Sequence record: PZ019086.1
Direction: 5' to 3' (one strand)
From: a phage
Length of the DNA stretch: 64,000 bases
In this document: positions 1 to 11,764 of the stretch, piece by piece
Position numbering within the stretch: position 1 is the stretch's first letter
Layout: each line of letters starts with the position of its first letter
The notes under the pieces: generated by a model
Database searches by the model: none
What the model was told of the DNA's origin: nothing
The model's input: only the letters and a program-made list of their open reading frames with translations
Translations under genes and position numbers: made by a program

Positions 1-37
1 GATCCAATAGATGCTATTTCATTCAGAATTTTAAGAA

Positions 38-307
38 TCATTGTTCATCCTTCAGAGTTTGATTTACAGCTCTATTATAAATCAATTCATCATTAAGCTC
101 AGTTAAAGACCTATGATATGTAGTTCTAACTTTATTTCCTTGCATCCAGTGCTTGATATAAATGAAACCTTGCTCTACACATTTTTTAAAAATTCGTTCG
201 TCTTTTTGAGCTCGGAATTCTGGATTACATCTAAAGAATTGATTTACGTGACCGTAATCACGTGTAGTATTACCTTCATTTTCATAAATAGTGTGAACGA
301 CAAACAT
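38..307 (-). CDS. hypothetical early protein (30.x cluster position)
   Basis: 89-codon ORF on the early strand, tightly packed with neighbours; no motif recognised. Confidence 0.35.
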   Translation of the reverse strand: MFVVHTIYENEGNTTRDYGHVNQFFRCNPEFRAQKDERIFKKCVEQGFIYIKHWMQGNKVRTTYHRSLTELNDELIYNRAVNQTLKDEQ

Positions 308-1146
308 TAGAATGCTCCTTGGAAAATATTATCACCGCTAGTAGGTCTATTATACAAATACTCTATGCCACCAGGTTTAATATAGTTCCATGTCTGAAAC
401 GGATGTGTCTGATATGGATGATATAGATGATTATAAGGATTAAATCCAGGCGTTCTCCAGGTAGTGTTCCAAGGAAAAGAATCGTTTTTAACCATCTTCT
501 CAATTAAATCTTTTATAGCTTTTTCACTATCAAAACTTTCTTTATTTTCCTTTGGTGAAAAAAGCTTATTTTCTACATCATTCCATGTATAAACTCGCTG
601 CGCAGTTTTTGGAATATTGTCACGCTCTCCTCGAGCCATCCAATAAACCGGAACATTTAATATTTCACTCGCATGATCGCAGTGGTGAGCAAGATCGTCA
701 ATATAACAAATTACGTTATATTTCTCTTTTGCCTTTTTAAACAACTCTTCTTTTGAAGAATCATGACCACACATCATTACTTCTGAGAAGGCACCAGGAA
801 AAAGAGCATTCAAATTAAATTGACGATTCAACAGAGCGTCAATAGAATCACCCAATGCTGTAACAGCTACAAAATTATAATCTTCTTTTAATTTGTTAAT
901 TACACACAGGGCATCTTTATATGGAGACAAGTAACGAATAAAATCTGATCGATTGTATTTTTCAATTAGCTTGACACCGAGTTCTTCATCGCAATTAAAG
1001 AGTTTACCTGGAGAAATAAATTTCTCATCTTGGATCATTTTTAAAATATGTTCTAACGGAAGATTATATTTCTGAGCAAAATAAGGAAGGCCTGATTGCC
1101 AGCTTAAACATACTCCATCAATATCAGTTAAAATAGTAGGCTTCAT
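307..1146 (-). CDS. HAD-superfamily hydrolase-like protein with Pro/Tyr/Asn-rich C-terminal tail
   Basis: N-terminal D-I-D-G-V (DxDGx) motif, later T-A-L, K and Y-I-D-D segments consistent with HAD phosphatase motifs I-IV; start codon overlaps upstream ORF stop. Confidence 0.55.
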   Translation of the reverse strand: MKPTILTDIDGVCLSWQSGLPYFAQKYNLPLEHILKMIQDEKFISPGKLFNCDEELGVKLIEKYNRSDFIRYLSPYKDALCVINKLKEDYNFVAVTALGDSIDALLNRQFNLNALFPGAFSEVMMCGHDSSKEELFKKAKEKYNVICYIDDLAHHCDHASEILNVPVYWMARGERDNIPKTAQRVYTWNDVENKLFSPKENKESFDSEKAIKDLIEKMVKNDSFPWNTTWRTPGFNPYNHLYHPYQTHPFQTWNYIKPGGIEYLYNRPTSGDNIFQGAF

Positions 1147-1607
1147 AGAGAGTCTCTTAATAGATTTAACACATCAATAAATTCAGCTTCGGTTAGTATT
1201 GTATCATCTTTTGTTAGACCACTAGCCATGCTGTGCTTCAAAACTTTTCCTTTTGAGGCTTGTAATGCATCACGAAAGCCCCTGTTTTGGATCGCTGCTT
1301 CAAAATATGCATTTGTGTATAATTCTTTCCATGCTTCGGAATATCTTGAAAACGGAGTTCCAAGCCAGAACAACGTGCCACGGTCCTGAGCTCTAGCATA
1401 AGACCTTCCAGCTTGTTGGGCGGCAATCCCGGATAACCTAAATATACGTCTTTGCTGTTCAACATTTTTCACCTTACATCCTTGTAGGAATCCTTCGAGA
1501 CCTCCAAATTGAATGCCATCCATGACGAAAGGCCATTGGGCGAAATTACTTAATGCGCATGATGGCCATCTAAAATTGCTTCTTATCTCTAACTCAGACA
1601 TTTTCAA
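1143..1607 (-). CDS. NADAR (YbiA-like) domain protein
   Basis: S-N-F-A-x-W-P ... G ... E-G-F-L-Q and A-A-Q-Q-A-G-R segments resemble the E. coli YbiA/NADAR family as I recall it; 154 aa. Confidence 0.6.
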   Translation of the reverse strand: MKMSELEIRSNFRWPSCALSNFAQWPFVMDGIQFGGLEGFLQGCKVKNVEQQRRIFRLSGIAAQQAGRSYARAQDRGTLFWLGTPFSRYSEAWKELYTNAYFEAAIQNRGFRDALQASKGKVLKHSMASGLTKDDTILTEAEFIDVLNLLRDSL

Positions 1608-1800
1608 TACTTATAATTTCAACATCAGCCCAATGACCATAGCAAGGAAGACGAAATTCAACTGGCCAGTTAGGGTCCTTTTCTAATATAATAGACTGAA
1701 CTTGTGGCTCTTCATATTCATCGGTATACGGACCTTTATACGTTACTTTATATGTGACCTTAATATACTGAATTCCAAAAATCTTATTAATTATATTCAT
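1594..1800 (-). CDS. hypothetical early protein
   Basis: 68-codon ORF, overlapping stop/start with neighbours. Confidence 0.35.
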   Translation of the reverse strand: MNIINKIFGIQYIKVTYKVTYKGPYTDEYEEPQVQSIILEKDPNWPVEFRLPCYGHWADVEIISIENV

Positions 1801-1994
1801 ACTAATTCCTTTAATCCATAGATAGGAGATAATTCATCGCCCATGCGAAGGTCTTCATTTCCATCTACCCAGGAAACAATATAAGCTTCTTTTATTTGAA
1901 CGTCTCTCCATTTAAATGGAGGTAGAACCTTAGAAATTAATCCAGGTATACCGACTCCCTTTAATTCAACAGTTTGACCTAAAAAGAATTTCAT
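1797..1994 (-). CDS. hypothetical early protein
   Basis: 65-codon ORF, 4-nt overlap with downstream ORF. Confidence 0.35.
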   Translation of the reverse strand: MKFFLGQTVELKGVGIPGLISKVLPPFKWRDVQIKEAYIVSWVDGNEDLRMGDELSPIYGLKELV

Positions 1995-2281
1995 TAGAAC
2001 CTCATCTGAAAACCGTGCGATTTAACATTACCGCCGCCAATGTCAGAAATGTTAATTTCACGCGCAATTGAAGGGTCAATGTCAATTTCACGATTGAGTT
2101 TAGTGATAGCTAAAGTATCGCGCCCATTTACAGTACGGAACTCTAAAGGACATACTACATTAACGTAGTTTTTAATCGATTCGCTGGTAGGTTGCAAATG
2201 AGCAGGAAGGTCTTTAGGTGCCTTAGAGAAAACCACTTCACAGAAATTTTTGCGGGTATCAAAATAAGTAGTCATAAACAT
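1994..2281 (-). CDS. hypothetical early protein
   Basis: 95-codon ORF preceded by an intercistronic hairpin. Confidence 0.4.
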   Translation of the reverse strand: MFMTTYFDTRKNFCEVVFSKAPKDLPAHLQPTSESIKNYVNVVCPLEFRTVNGRDTLAITKLNREIDIDPSIAREINISDIGGGNVKSHGFQMRF

Positions 2282-2298
2282 AGTATTTTCCTCAGTAA

Positions 2299-2312
2299 GG
2301 GGCCGAAGCCCC
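2299..2312 (-). other. intercistronic UUCG-tetraloop hairpin
   Basis: plus GGGGC-CGAA-GCCCC, read on minus as GGGGC-UUCG-GCCCC, between two ORFs. Confidence 0.5.
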
Positions 2313-2322
2313 TCATTTTATT

Positions 2323-2688
2323 TTAAATATCAAATTCGTTAAGAACTACATCAAAGATTGCTTCAAGATGCTCAGGTTTAGCTCTGTTACTCAGAATATG
2401 ACGAATCCAAGTTTTAACCAGAAGCTTGCGATTAACGCCATTCCAACAAGGATGAGTCCCTAAATCGCGTTGACGAAAATCATCATCCAATGCGATTTTA
2501 AAAGAAGAACCTTCTTTCGTGATTGAAACCGTGATGCCATTTTCAAATCGCATATAAACGTAGTTAGGAGTCATATACTGTTCAATTTCGCATACTGATC
2601 CGTTTTGATGTTTCCAAAGGCAAATAGTATCAATAGAACCTGCAATACCATTAGAAACATATTTACGTTCAAAGTTGATGTAGTTCAT
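2323..2688 (-). CDS. hypothetical early protein
   Basis: 121-codon ORF with GGAGA Shine-Dalgarno and its own early promoter upstream. Confidence 0.45.
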   Translation of the reverse strand: MNYINFERKYVSNGIAGSIDTICLWKHQNGSVCEIEQYMTPNYVYMRFENGITVSITKEGSSFKIALDDDFRQRDLGTHPCWNGVNRKLLVKTWIRHILSNRAKPEHLEAIFDVVLNEFDI

Positions 2689-2756
2689 TTTTATTCTCCG
2701 AGATGTTTAATTGCGGTACAGGTATATAATATCATATCCTGTACCAAAGTAAACAA

Positions 2757-3089
2757 TTATTTTACTACTTTCCAGTGCTGCATGTCAAGTTTACCAACTT
2801 TTTTCATCTTCTCAATTAAGCGTTCGGCACGTTGGCGAGCTGTAACATAATACCATTCACCTAATTCATTTTGTTCAATTTTTCCAACGATTACTGTATT
2901 CAATTCATAAATCCAACCAGTAAAGAAATTATGAACTTGAATTGTAAAGGTGAAATCTGTTCCCATACCTTCTGTTGTTTCTACTTCAATAACATCACCT
3001 TCAACTGCCATTAAGAACCACATAGTTTCATCATATTTACCATTGAAGCATTTAGTTTTAACTGTGGCGTTCAGATTAATCGTTTTCAT
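2757..3089 (-). CDS. hypothetical early protein
   Basis: 110-codon ORF with AGGAG Shine-Dalgarno and promoter upstream. Confidence 0.45.
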   Translation of the reverse strand: MKTINLNATVKTKCFNGKYDETMWFLMAVEGDVIEVETTEGMGTDFTFTIQVHNFFTGWIYELNTVIVGKIEQNELGEWYYVTARQRAERLIEKMKKVGKLDMQHWKVVK

Positions 3090-3199
3090 TTTATTCTCCT
3101 TTGTTTGTGTAAGATAATACTATCACAAAGGAACTATACTGTAAACAACTTTATGCAATCTTTGGAAAATAAAAAAGGACTCCCGAAGGAGTCCTTAAC

Positions 3200-3376
3200 T
3201 TATGCTTTCTGCTTACCAAAACGAGAAGCATCATCTCGAAGAACCGCACGTGCTCGGCGCATGATCTTCTCAACAGTTTGATTGATACGAGAGTTCGACC
3301 CACGCTTGTAACCAGCGCGTTTAGAATCACCAACTTTCTTTTCAACTGCTTTCTTTGCTTTAGCTTGTTTTGCCAT
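3200..3376 (-). CDS. small Lys/Arg-rich protein
   Basis: track ORF trimmed to internal Met (MAKQAKAKK...); about 58 aa, strongly basic. Confidence 0.35.
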   Translation of the reverse strand: MAKQAKAKKAVEKKVGDSKRAGYKRGSNSRINQTVEKIMRRARAVLRDDASRFGKQKA

Positions 3377-3774
3377 TATAAATTCTCTTTTAAATGAAAA
3401 TGCAGGACTTATTGGCATTGCCTGCGCAAGCCCTCAAGGGGAACATAGGTTTTTGAATATTTAACGACCAGGATAACCATAAACCCGTCATCATACCTTA
3501 TAGCTCTTATCTGTTGCACACCGTTAGCTTAAAGGTTCCGGGTCCGATTTCTCGAGGATAAGATATATACTGATGGATATATAGGCCTTGAGGCGTACTC
3601 CCGATTAGCCATCACCTCGGGGTAGCATGCACTTGCCGCTATAAGAATAACATTCAAGAGGTACACCGTAAAACTGCCGGGGTCTTAAAACTATAATGAT
3701 TCGCAAATCATTAATCAGACAGTTCGACGGCTCCTCGATTTTAGCTCACACTAAGGCAGTGAATCTCCAATAAA

Positions 3775-4023
3775 TTACTTCAGTGTTACCACAAAGTGAC
3801 GAACTGCTTTTCGTGCAGCAGAAGCCAGAGGCTTAGCATATTTAAGTTCATCTTTTTCCTGAAGCTCAGCAGCTAATGCAGTTTGAGCAGGATTCAGATG
3901 TTTGAAATAACGCAGGATTTCAAGAGCTTCGGCTTCAACATCAATAGATGCGCCATAGTTTTCGTGACCATTATTCCATGCGTTTCGTTGCAGTTCAAGA
4001 GCGTGTTGTAATTGTTTAATCAT
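3775..4023 (-). CDS. rIII: rIII lysis-inhibition accessory protein
   Basis: 82 aa, sequence matches T4 rIII as I remember it (MIKQLQHALELQRNAWNNGHENY...). Confidence 0.85.
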   Translation of the reverse strand: MIKQLQHALELQRNAWNNGHENYGASIDVEAEALEILRYFKHLNPAQTALAAELQEKDELKYAKPLASAARKAVRHFVVTLK

Positions 4024-4162
4024 TTAAAAATTCTCGTTAGAGATTAAAACTCGGTAGTCACGTTCTTCTGAATTTCATCTTCTTTCGACAGATCTCTCAG
4101 TTGTAGACTACCACATAGAATTGTTCGGTTAACTTATTATTCCGACACCCAATTCATATTAT

Positions 4163-4170
4163 TATTTATA
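4163..4170 (-). promoter_or_regulatory. late promoter core TATAAATA (minus strand)
   Basis: exact TATAAATA on the minus strand about 140 nt upstream of rIII. Confidence 0.4.
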
Positions 4171-4506
4171 TCACTTATAAAGACACGGAATAGCTTTATA
4201 GTGACAGGTAACGAATTTTTGTTTAATTTCTTTTGGCTGCTTAAGACCCAGAGCTACAAAAGGATGCGGAACGTTTCGAATTTGACCAACTGGAAGAGAA
4301 GTCAAATCACCAACTTCGCAGAAACCTTCAGGAACATCAGGACCAACAGAGTGAACTACACACAGTTCAGGAACTTCACCTTGAACACGTTTACCGATAA
4401 TAAGTCCTGATTCTGTAACTTCTTCATCACCGGCTTGTGCAGGTTCAGAAACTAAAATAACATATTCACCGACAGCACGAATTGGTAGCTGTTGTACTTC
4501 AGACAT
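4171..4506 (-). CDS. 31: gp31 co-chaperonin (GroES-like) for capsid folding
   Basis: 111 aa, matches T4 gp31 ([29 protein letters not shown]...). Confidence 0.9.
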
Positions 4507-4562
4507 CGTTTTTCCTTTTTGTTAACAGATGAATTAATAATAACAAATAATTCTTAAAGCAT

Positions 4563-4871
4563 TTATTTACCAATAAATTGAAGCAAATGCTCAACTTTCA
4601 TACCATTAACGGAAATCAATTTGTCAATAGAAAAACCTCGCCATGCACCAAGCTCAACATCAAATACTGGAATCATATCAGTAGATTCTTTCCGAGTAGA
4701 TTCAGTCAATTTACCGGTTTGCATAGTTGGCATAAAGTCAGCATCACGAGTGCCTTTCATAGTACGAATAGTACCATCAGACTTTTCAAAAACCACGTTT
4801 GAAATACCCATGGACAATTTAGTTTTCAAAATTTCACGAATTGCTACTTTCTGTTCAGTTGTCAGTTTCAT
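4563..4871 (-). CDS. hypothetical protein (31.1 position)
   Basis: 102-codon ORF between cd and 31. Confidence 0.45.
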   Translation of the reverse strand: MKLTTEQKVAIREILKTKLSMGISNVVFEKSDGTIRTMKGTRDADFMPTMQTGKLTESTRKESTDMIPVFDVELGAWRGFSIDKLISVNGMKVEHLLQFIGK

Positions 4872-5108
4872 TTATTTACCTATTACAGTTTTAATATGAG
4901 TTGTTCCACGTTCTTTAAGAGTGGAAAGCAACTTTTGGCATTTTTCTAAATCAGATTTCCAACTATACGTTCTATCAATACAAACCCATTCTGACTTATA
5001 ATACTGCTTCCATTTAGAGAAAAAATACTTCTTATACTCTACAGCAAATGAAATGTTCTCGTTAGAATAAGAACTAATTGCTGTAAGCTGTACCAAACGA
5101 AATTTCAT
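4872..5108 (-). CDS. hypothetical protein (31.2 position)
   Basis: 78-codon ORF abutting cd. Confidence 0.4.
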   Translation of the reverse strand: MKFRLVQLTAISSYSNENISFAVEYKKYFFSKWKQYYKSEWVCIDRTYSWKSDLEKCQKLLSTLKERGTTHIKTVIGK

Positions 5109-5689
5109 TATTCACCACAGAATTCGTTGATATTTTCCCAGTTTAACTTATTCAAGTTTTTCTTAGGAACATTAAACACTTCAATACCCGCATTTCGCAG
5201 AATATCATCCCAGCCAGGTTTATTTTTATCGTATGTTTCGCAATAAACCAGCTTTTTAATACCAGATTGAGCTATCGCTTTTGCACAATCTGGGCAAGGA
5301 GAAAGTGTTACATACATAGTAGCACCTTCAATTGAAGAACCGTTTCGTGCAGCAAACAAAATCGCATTTAGTTCAGCATGAATTTCATTTTTAGACGACC
5401 ATTCAGAGTGAGCACTGCGGTGTTCTTTCGCCAAGACAAAACGATCAGTTGAACCAAACGATACACATTCGGGCTTATGACCTTGAATGATAGTATGTTT
5501 AGGTTTATTCAGCAACCAACCTTGCTCAGCAGCATAATCACAACAGTTCACACCCCCGGCAGGTGAACCATTATATCCGGTAGAAATAATACGTCCATTC
5601 TTTTCAATTACTGCTCCTACCTTCCAGGAGCAGCATTTTGATTCTTGTGATACTAAATATGCAATTTGAAGTACTGTACTCGCTTTCAT
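5108..5689 (-). CDS. cd: dCMP deaminase
   Basis: 193 aa; zinc-binding H-A-E-L-N-A-I and P-C-P-D-C-A-K-A-I deaminase motifs. Confidence 0.9.
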   Translation of the reverse strand: MKASTVLQIAYLVSQESKCCSWKVGAVIEKNGRIISTGYNGSPAGGVNCCDYAAEQGWLLNKPKHTIIQGHKPECVSFGSTDRFVLAKEHRSAHSEWSSKNEIHAELNAILFAARNGSSIEGATMYVTLSPCPDCAKAIAQSGIKKLVYCETYDKNKPGWDDILRNAGIEVFNVPKKNLNKLNWENINEFCGE

Positions 5690-6024
5690 TTCATAATCAC
5701 CAGATAAGCAGATTTAGCAGTTTCAACACGATAAATTTCGTGACGAAGTTTAGTTATACTTTTAATAACAGAACTAATTATATTCTGCCCATCTTTAAAG
5801 CGGTTTTTCTTATCAATAAAAATTGCACCAACCATCTTTTTGTGAAGCTCAACTGGATACTTCGTCACAATAATAGCATCATACACAGAAGGATGAATAC
5901 TATTCACTAGAGTATCATTCATTAAAGTTATTCTAATGAACTGTGCTGTTTCAGAATCAAGCGCTCTATGATCGCCAGTATCATTTTCAAGACAATTATC
6001 AATTATATCAGTTAAATTCATCAT
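5686..6024 (-). CDS. hypothetical early protein
   Basis: 112-codon ORF. Confidence 0.4.
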   Translation of the reverse strand: MMNLTDIIDNCLENDTGDHRALDSETAQFIRITLMNDTLVNSIHPSVYDAIIVTKYPVELHKKMVGAIFIDKKNRFKDGQNIISSVIKSITKLRHEIYRVETAKSAYLVIMK

Positions 6025-6257
6025 AGTACGCCATACACCCTTTGTGCTTCAACTAATCCATCAAAATCCAGTTTAAGATGTGTTATTTGATCACCATCAC
6101 CTGGATTCACAATTACTAATACTGAACGAGGAGTTTCGGTAATAACACGAACCGATGTTTCTGGAAATCGTTCAGAAACCTTATTTACCAATTCCTGAGC
6201 AAATAGTTTAACTTTTTCTTGGAATTCTTTAACAGTAATTGGTTTTTCGCTTAGCAT
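6021..6257 (-). CDS. hypothetical early protein
   Basis: 78-codon ORF. Confidence 0.4.
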   Translation of the reverse strand: MLSEKPITVKEFQEKVKLFAQELVNKVSERFPETSVRVITETPRSVLVIVNPGDGDQITHLKLDFDGLVEAQRVYGVL

Positions 6258-6793
6258 GTTGATCCCAGCTCCTTACTTTCAACGTTTTTAACTAATTTGA
6301 CAGAAACTAATTCGGCATCTTGGGTAATCATTACCGGGCCTTCTTCATACTCTTCAAGATATTCTAGAGCTTTCTTTTTAGCTTCTTCCTTCGTATCAGT
6401 TTGAGCATAGATATAAAACATACAACCAGTAATACCTACTACTTTCCACTTAATTTCTTTATCAGTTTTAATTTCAAATTTACTGATAGAGTCATCTTTT
6501 TGAACTTCTTCGAAAAAATAATATTCTGACATATAAGTAATTGAAAATAGCGGGCTATCTTTATAGCATTCACCCATTACATCAACAGCTTTATACCAGC
6601 AGTCATCAATTTCGCGTTTAATGCTAATAACATTTTTCGCAGGATCTATTTTTACTTTAAATGAATTTTCCCCAATAAACTGAGCAATTCGTTTATTAGC
6701 CCCGCAAGTTTCATTAAAAATATCTTTATATCCAGCTTTAAAGCGATAAACCTTATCTTCTTCAAACCATTCGCTCATTTTCAATTTCCTCAT
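6251..6793 (-). CDS. hypothetical early protein
   Basis: 180-codon ORF with own promoter upstream. Confidence 0.45.
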   Translation of the reverse strand: MRKLKMSEWFEEDKVYRFKAGYKDIFNETCGANKRIAQFIGENSFKVKIDPAKNVISIKREIDDCWYKAVDVMGECYKDSPLFSITYMSEYYFFEEVQKDDSISKFEIKTDKEIKWKVVGITGCMFYIYAQTDTKEEAKKKALEYLEEYEEGPVMITQDAELVSVKLVKNVESKELGSTC

Positions 6794-6809
6794 TTGTTTT
6801 GGTAGAGCT

Positions 6810-6839
6810 ATAATATCACAACTCTACCGTAAAGTAAAC
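6810..6839 (-). promoter_or_regulatory. early promoter (GTTTAC -35, TATTAT -10) with -10 inside an inverted repeat
   Basis: plus strand shows gtaaac at 6834-6839 and ataata 18 nt away; 7-bp inverted repeat GGTAGAG/CTCTACC at 6801-6828. Confidence 0.5.
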
Positions 6840-6841
6840 TA

Positions 6842-7117
6842 TTAAATTGCTTTGAATTCTGATGTCTGTGATTCAAAGCGAATATCGCCTTTGATGACTA
6901 GCTCAGCATCAAGACCGAATACGACAATGATATGTGCGGAACCTGGATACAGCGTAATGGCAATAGAATCAACCTGGTCTGGAAGCAAAGTGTTCAATAC
7001 ATGAGTCACTTGAGCATGAATTCGAAGCTCGGCTGCGTTATCAAGCTTTTCAAACATATTATTAGCGATAATTTGGCTAAACACTACTTCTACGATTTTA
7101 GAATAAGTCGGAAACAT
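6842..7117 (-). CDS. hypothetical early protein
   Basis: 91-codon ORF. Confidence 0.4.
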   Translation of the reverse strand: MFPTYSKIVEVVFSQIIANNMFEKLDNAAELRIHAQVTHVLNTLLPDQVDSIAITLYPGSAHIIVVFGLDAELVIKGDIRFESQTSEFKAI

Positions 7118-7119
7118 AT

Positions 7120-7312
7120 TTACCTCACATAATTTTCTTCAAGCCAATCAATAACATCCAACGCATTATCAAAAGTTGAACCATCTACTCTGTCTTCTGT
7201 TTCATAATCAAGAACATCTAAGCCTACTCTTCCATCAACAATAGGCCATAAACAAAATAGATATTTCTTTTCTTTTTCAATTTTATCACAAAGTTGATAA
7301 ATCTTTTCTATG

Positions 7313-7320
<8 letters not shown>
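7120..7320 (-). CDS. hypothetical early protein
   Basis: 66-codon ORF. Confidence 0.4.
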
Positions 7321-8713
<1,393 letters not shown>

Positions 8714-8717
<4 letters not shown>

Positions 8718-8944
8718 TTATTTTTCTCAACCAATGATTGAATATAATCATGCAGGTCTTTAGATGCTTTACCCCACTTATTTTGGTATTCATTTTTAAG
8801 ATTAGCACGTGATTGAGCTAATAAAACATCATTAGTTGGAGGTAAAGATTCTAACCGCTGAATCTGGCGTCCGTAAATCATTGCAGCCATCTCGGATTCA
8901 TAAATCAATCCTTTGAGATGTTCAAATTGATGCCATGAAATCAT
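8714..8944 (-). CDS. hypothetical early protein
   Basis: 76-codon ORF. Confidence 0.4.
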
Positions 8945-9240
8945 TTACATTTATCCTCTTTTAACTCTTGACGATAATAACATATCATAGTTTTCTGGTC
9001 ATGTACATATCGTTTTACATCATTAAGCCAAATACGAAATTCCTGGGAATCTTCAAATGGCATACCGACCCAAGCTTTACCATCAATAACTTTAACTTGC
9101 CAAGATAGTTTAGCTTCATCATATGACTTTATTTGCACAGGCCAATTAGGATGAACTGTTTCTTTCTTTACTTCTAGAGGCTTTGTCGAACAACCAACTA
9201 GAAGACCAATAGATAATATTACTGCTGATAGTTTAATCAT
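8941..9240 (-). CDS. outer-membrane spanin (o-spanin) lipoprotein
   Basis: signal peptide with lipobox L-V-G-C; 99 aa; immediately downstream of a type-II membrane coiled-coil protein. Confidence 0.6.
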   Translation of the reverse strand: MIKLSAVILSIGLLVGCSTKPLEVKKETVHPNWPVQIKSYDEAKLSWQVKVIDGKAWVGMPFEDSQEFRIWLNDVKRYVHDQKTMICYYRQELKEDKCK

Positions 9241-9590
9241 TTAGAAAGGTCCTGGATGTCTTCTGCGAACTTGTTGAAGGAGTTGTTGATTTGTTTTTCA
9301 ACCAATCCTGGCTTATGAGCCACCACATCCGCCTTCTTTGCGTCTTTGCGCAGTTTTTCATTTTCACGCTCAATAGCAGCAATTGCCTCACGATTTTTAT
9401 TATTCATCGCATCAATATAATTATACTGAATTCGCAAATTATTTAATGCTAAAGCGTTTTCATTGGCTGTTTTTGTAATTTCAGTAACCGATGTTTCTAA
9501 TCTTTCTACCTTATTTTTTAAAATAATAGATGTTCCGCCAAATGCTATTACAAGTAATAGCAATCCAGCTGTAAAATTACTTACATGCAT
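9237..9590 (-). CDS. inner-membrane spanin (i-spanin)
   Basis: N-terminal TM helix followed by charged coiled-coil-like segment; 117 aa; 4-nt overlap with lipoprotein ORF. Confidence 0.6.
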   Translation of the reverse strand: MHVSNFTAGLLLLVIAFGGTSIILKNKVERLETSVTEITKTANENALALNNLRIQYNYIDAMNNKNREAIAAIERENEKLRKDAKKADVVAHKPGLVEKQINNSFNKFAEDIQDLSK

Positions 9591-10087
9591 AAAGTTTTAA
9601 TAACCTCTACAATATCGTCTTGAGAAAGACCGTTAATTAAAATATGATGTTCAGCCGGAGATTTAGAAATTTTAAAGCATGCCTCAACATCTTCTGCCAT
9701 ATCCGATGCGCTACGATTTGGATTACTAATTCCAAGACGATGTTTTCCCGTTAAAGGATTAACGATGATATAGCATTTACAGTTGTTAATATGAACATTA
9801 GGTTGAGTCTGATTAATGAACACATCGCAATCATATTTCGCAAGCTGATTTTCTAAAAAGACTTTCATCTCCTCAACCGCATCAGGAAGCATATCGCGGG
9901 CTTGCTCAAGACGACGATTTCGATATTCTTTAATGGTCGTTTTCCGCTTGACTTGCTTAGCTAAATCTTTCTTAAGATCGGTGATATATCCAACTCGACG
10001 ATTTCCTTTAAATACAGAAATCCCATCTGTAGTATCACCGTATGCTTCAACGACCATCTCAGTAGTAATAAGCTGTAAATCCATCAT
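9581..10087 (-). CDS. alc: Alc-like host transcription elongation inhibitor
   Basis: 168 aa ORF at the T4 alc position between the spanins and rnlA. Confidence 0.65.
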   Translation of the reverse strand: MMDLQLITTEMVVEAYGDTTDGISVFKGNRRVGYITDLKKDLAKQVKRKTTIKEYRNRRLEQARDMLPDAVEEMKVFLENQLAKYDCDVFINQTQPNVHINNCKCYIIVNPLTGKHRLGISNPNRSASDMAEDVEACFKISKSPAEHHILINGLSQDDIVEVIKTLCM

Positions 10088-10115
10088 AAAGTCCTCATGT
10101 TATGTCAGTAAGACT

Positions 10116-10145
10116 ACTATAACACAACACGAGGGACTTGTAAAC
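10116..10145 (-). promoter_or_regulatory. early promoter upstream of alc
   Basis: GTTTAC -35 (plus gtaaac 10140-10145), 18-nt spacer, TATAGT -10. Confidence 0.45.
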
Positions 10146-10148
10146 AGC

Positions 10149-11736
<1,588 letters not shown>

Positions 11737-11764
11737 AATAAAATGGGCCCTTGCGGCCCACTCC

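Noticed and set aside
3377-3775. tRNA or group I intron in the GC-rich island
   Set aside because: I looked for T-loop-like GTTCRA and for intron core elements. Only partial resemblances were found and no flanking exon context exists, so I report it only as a candidate structured region.
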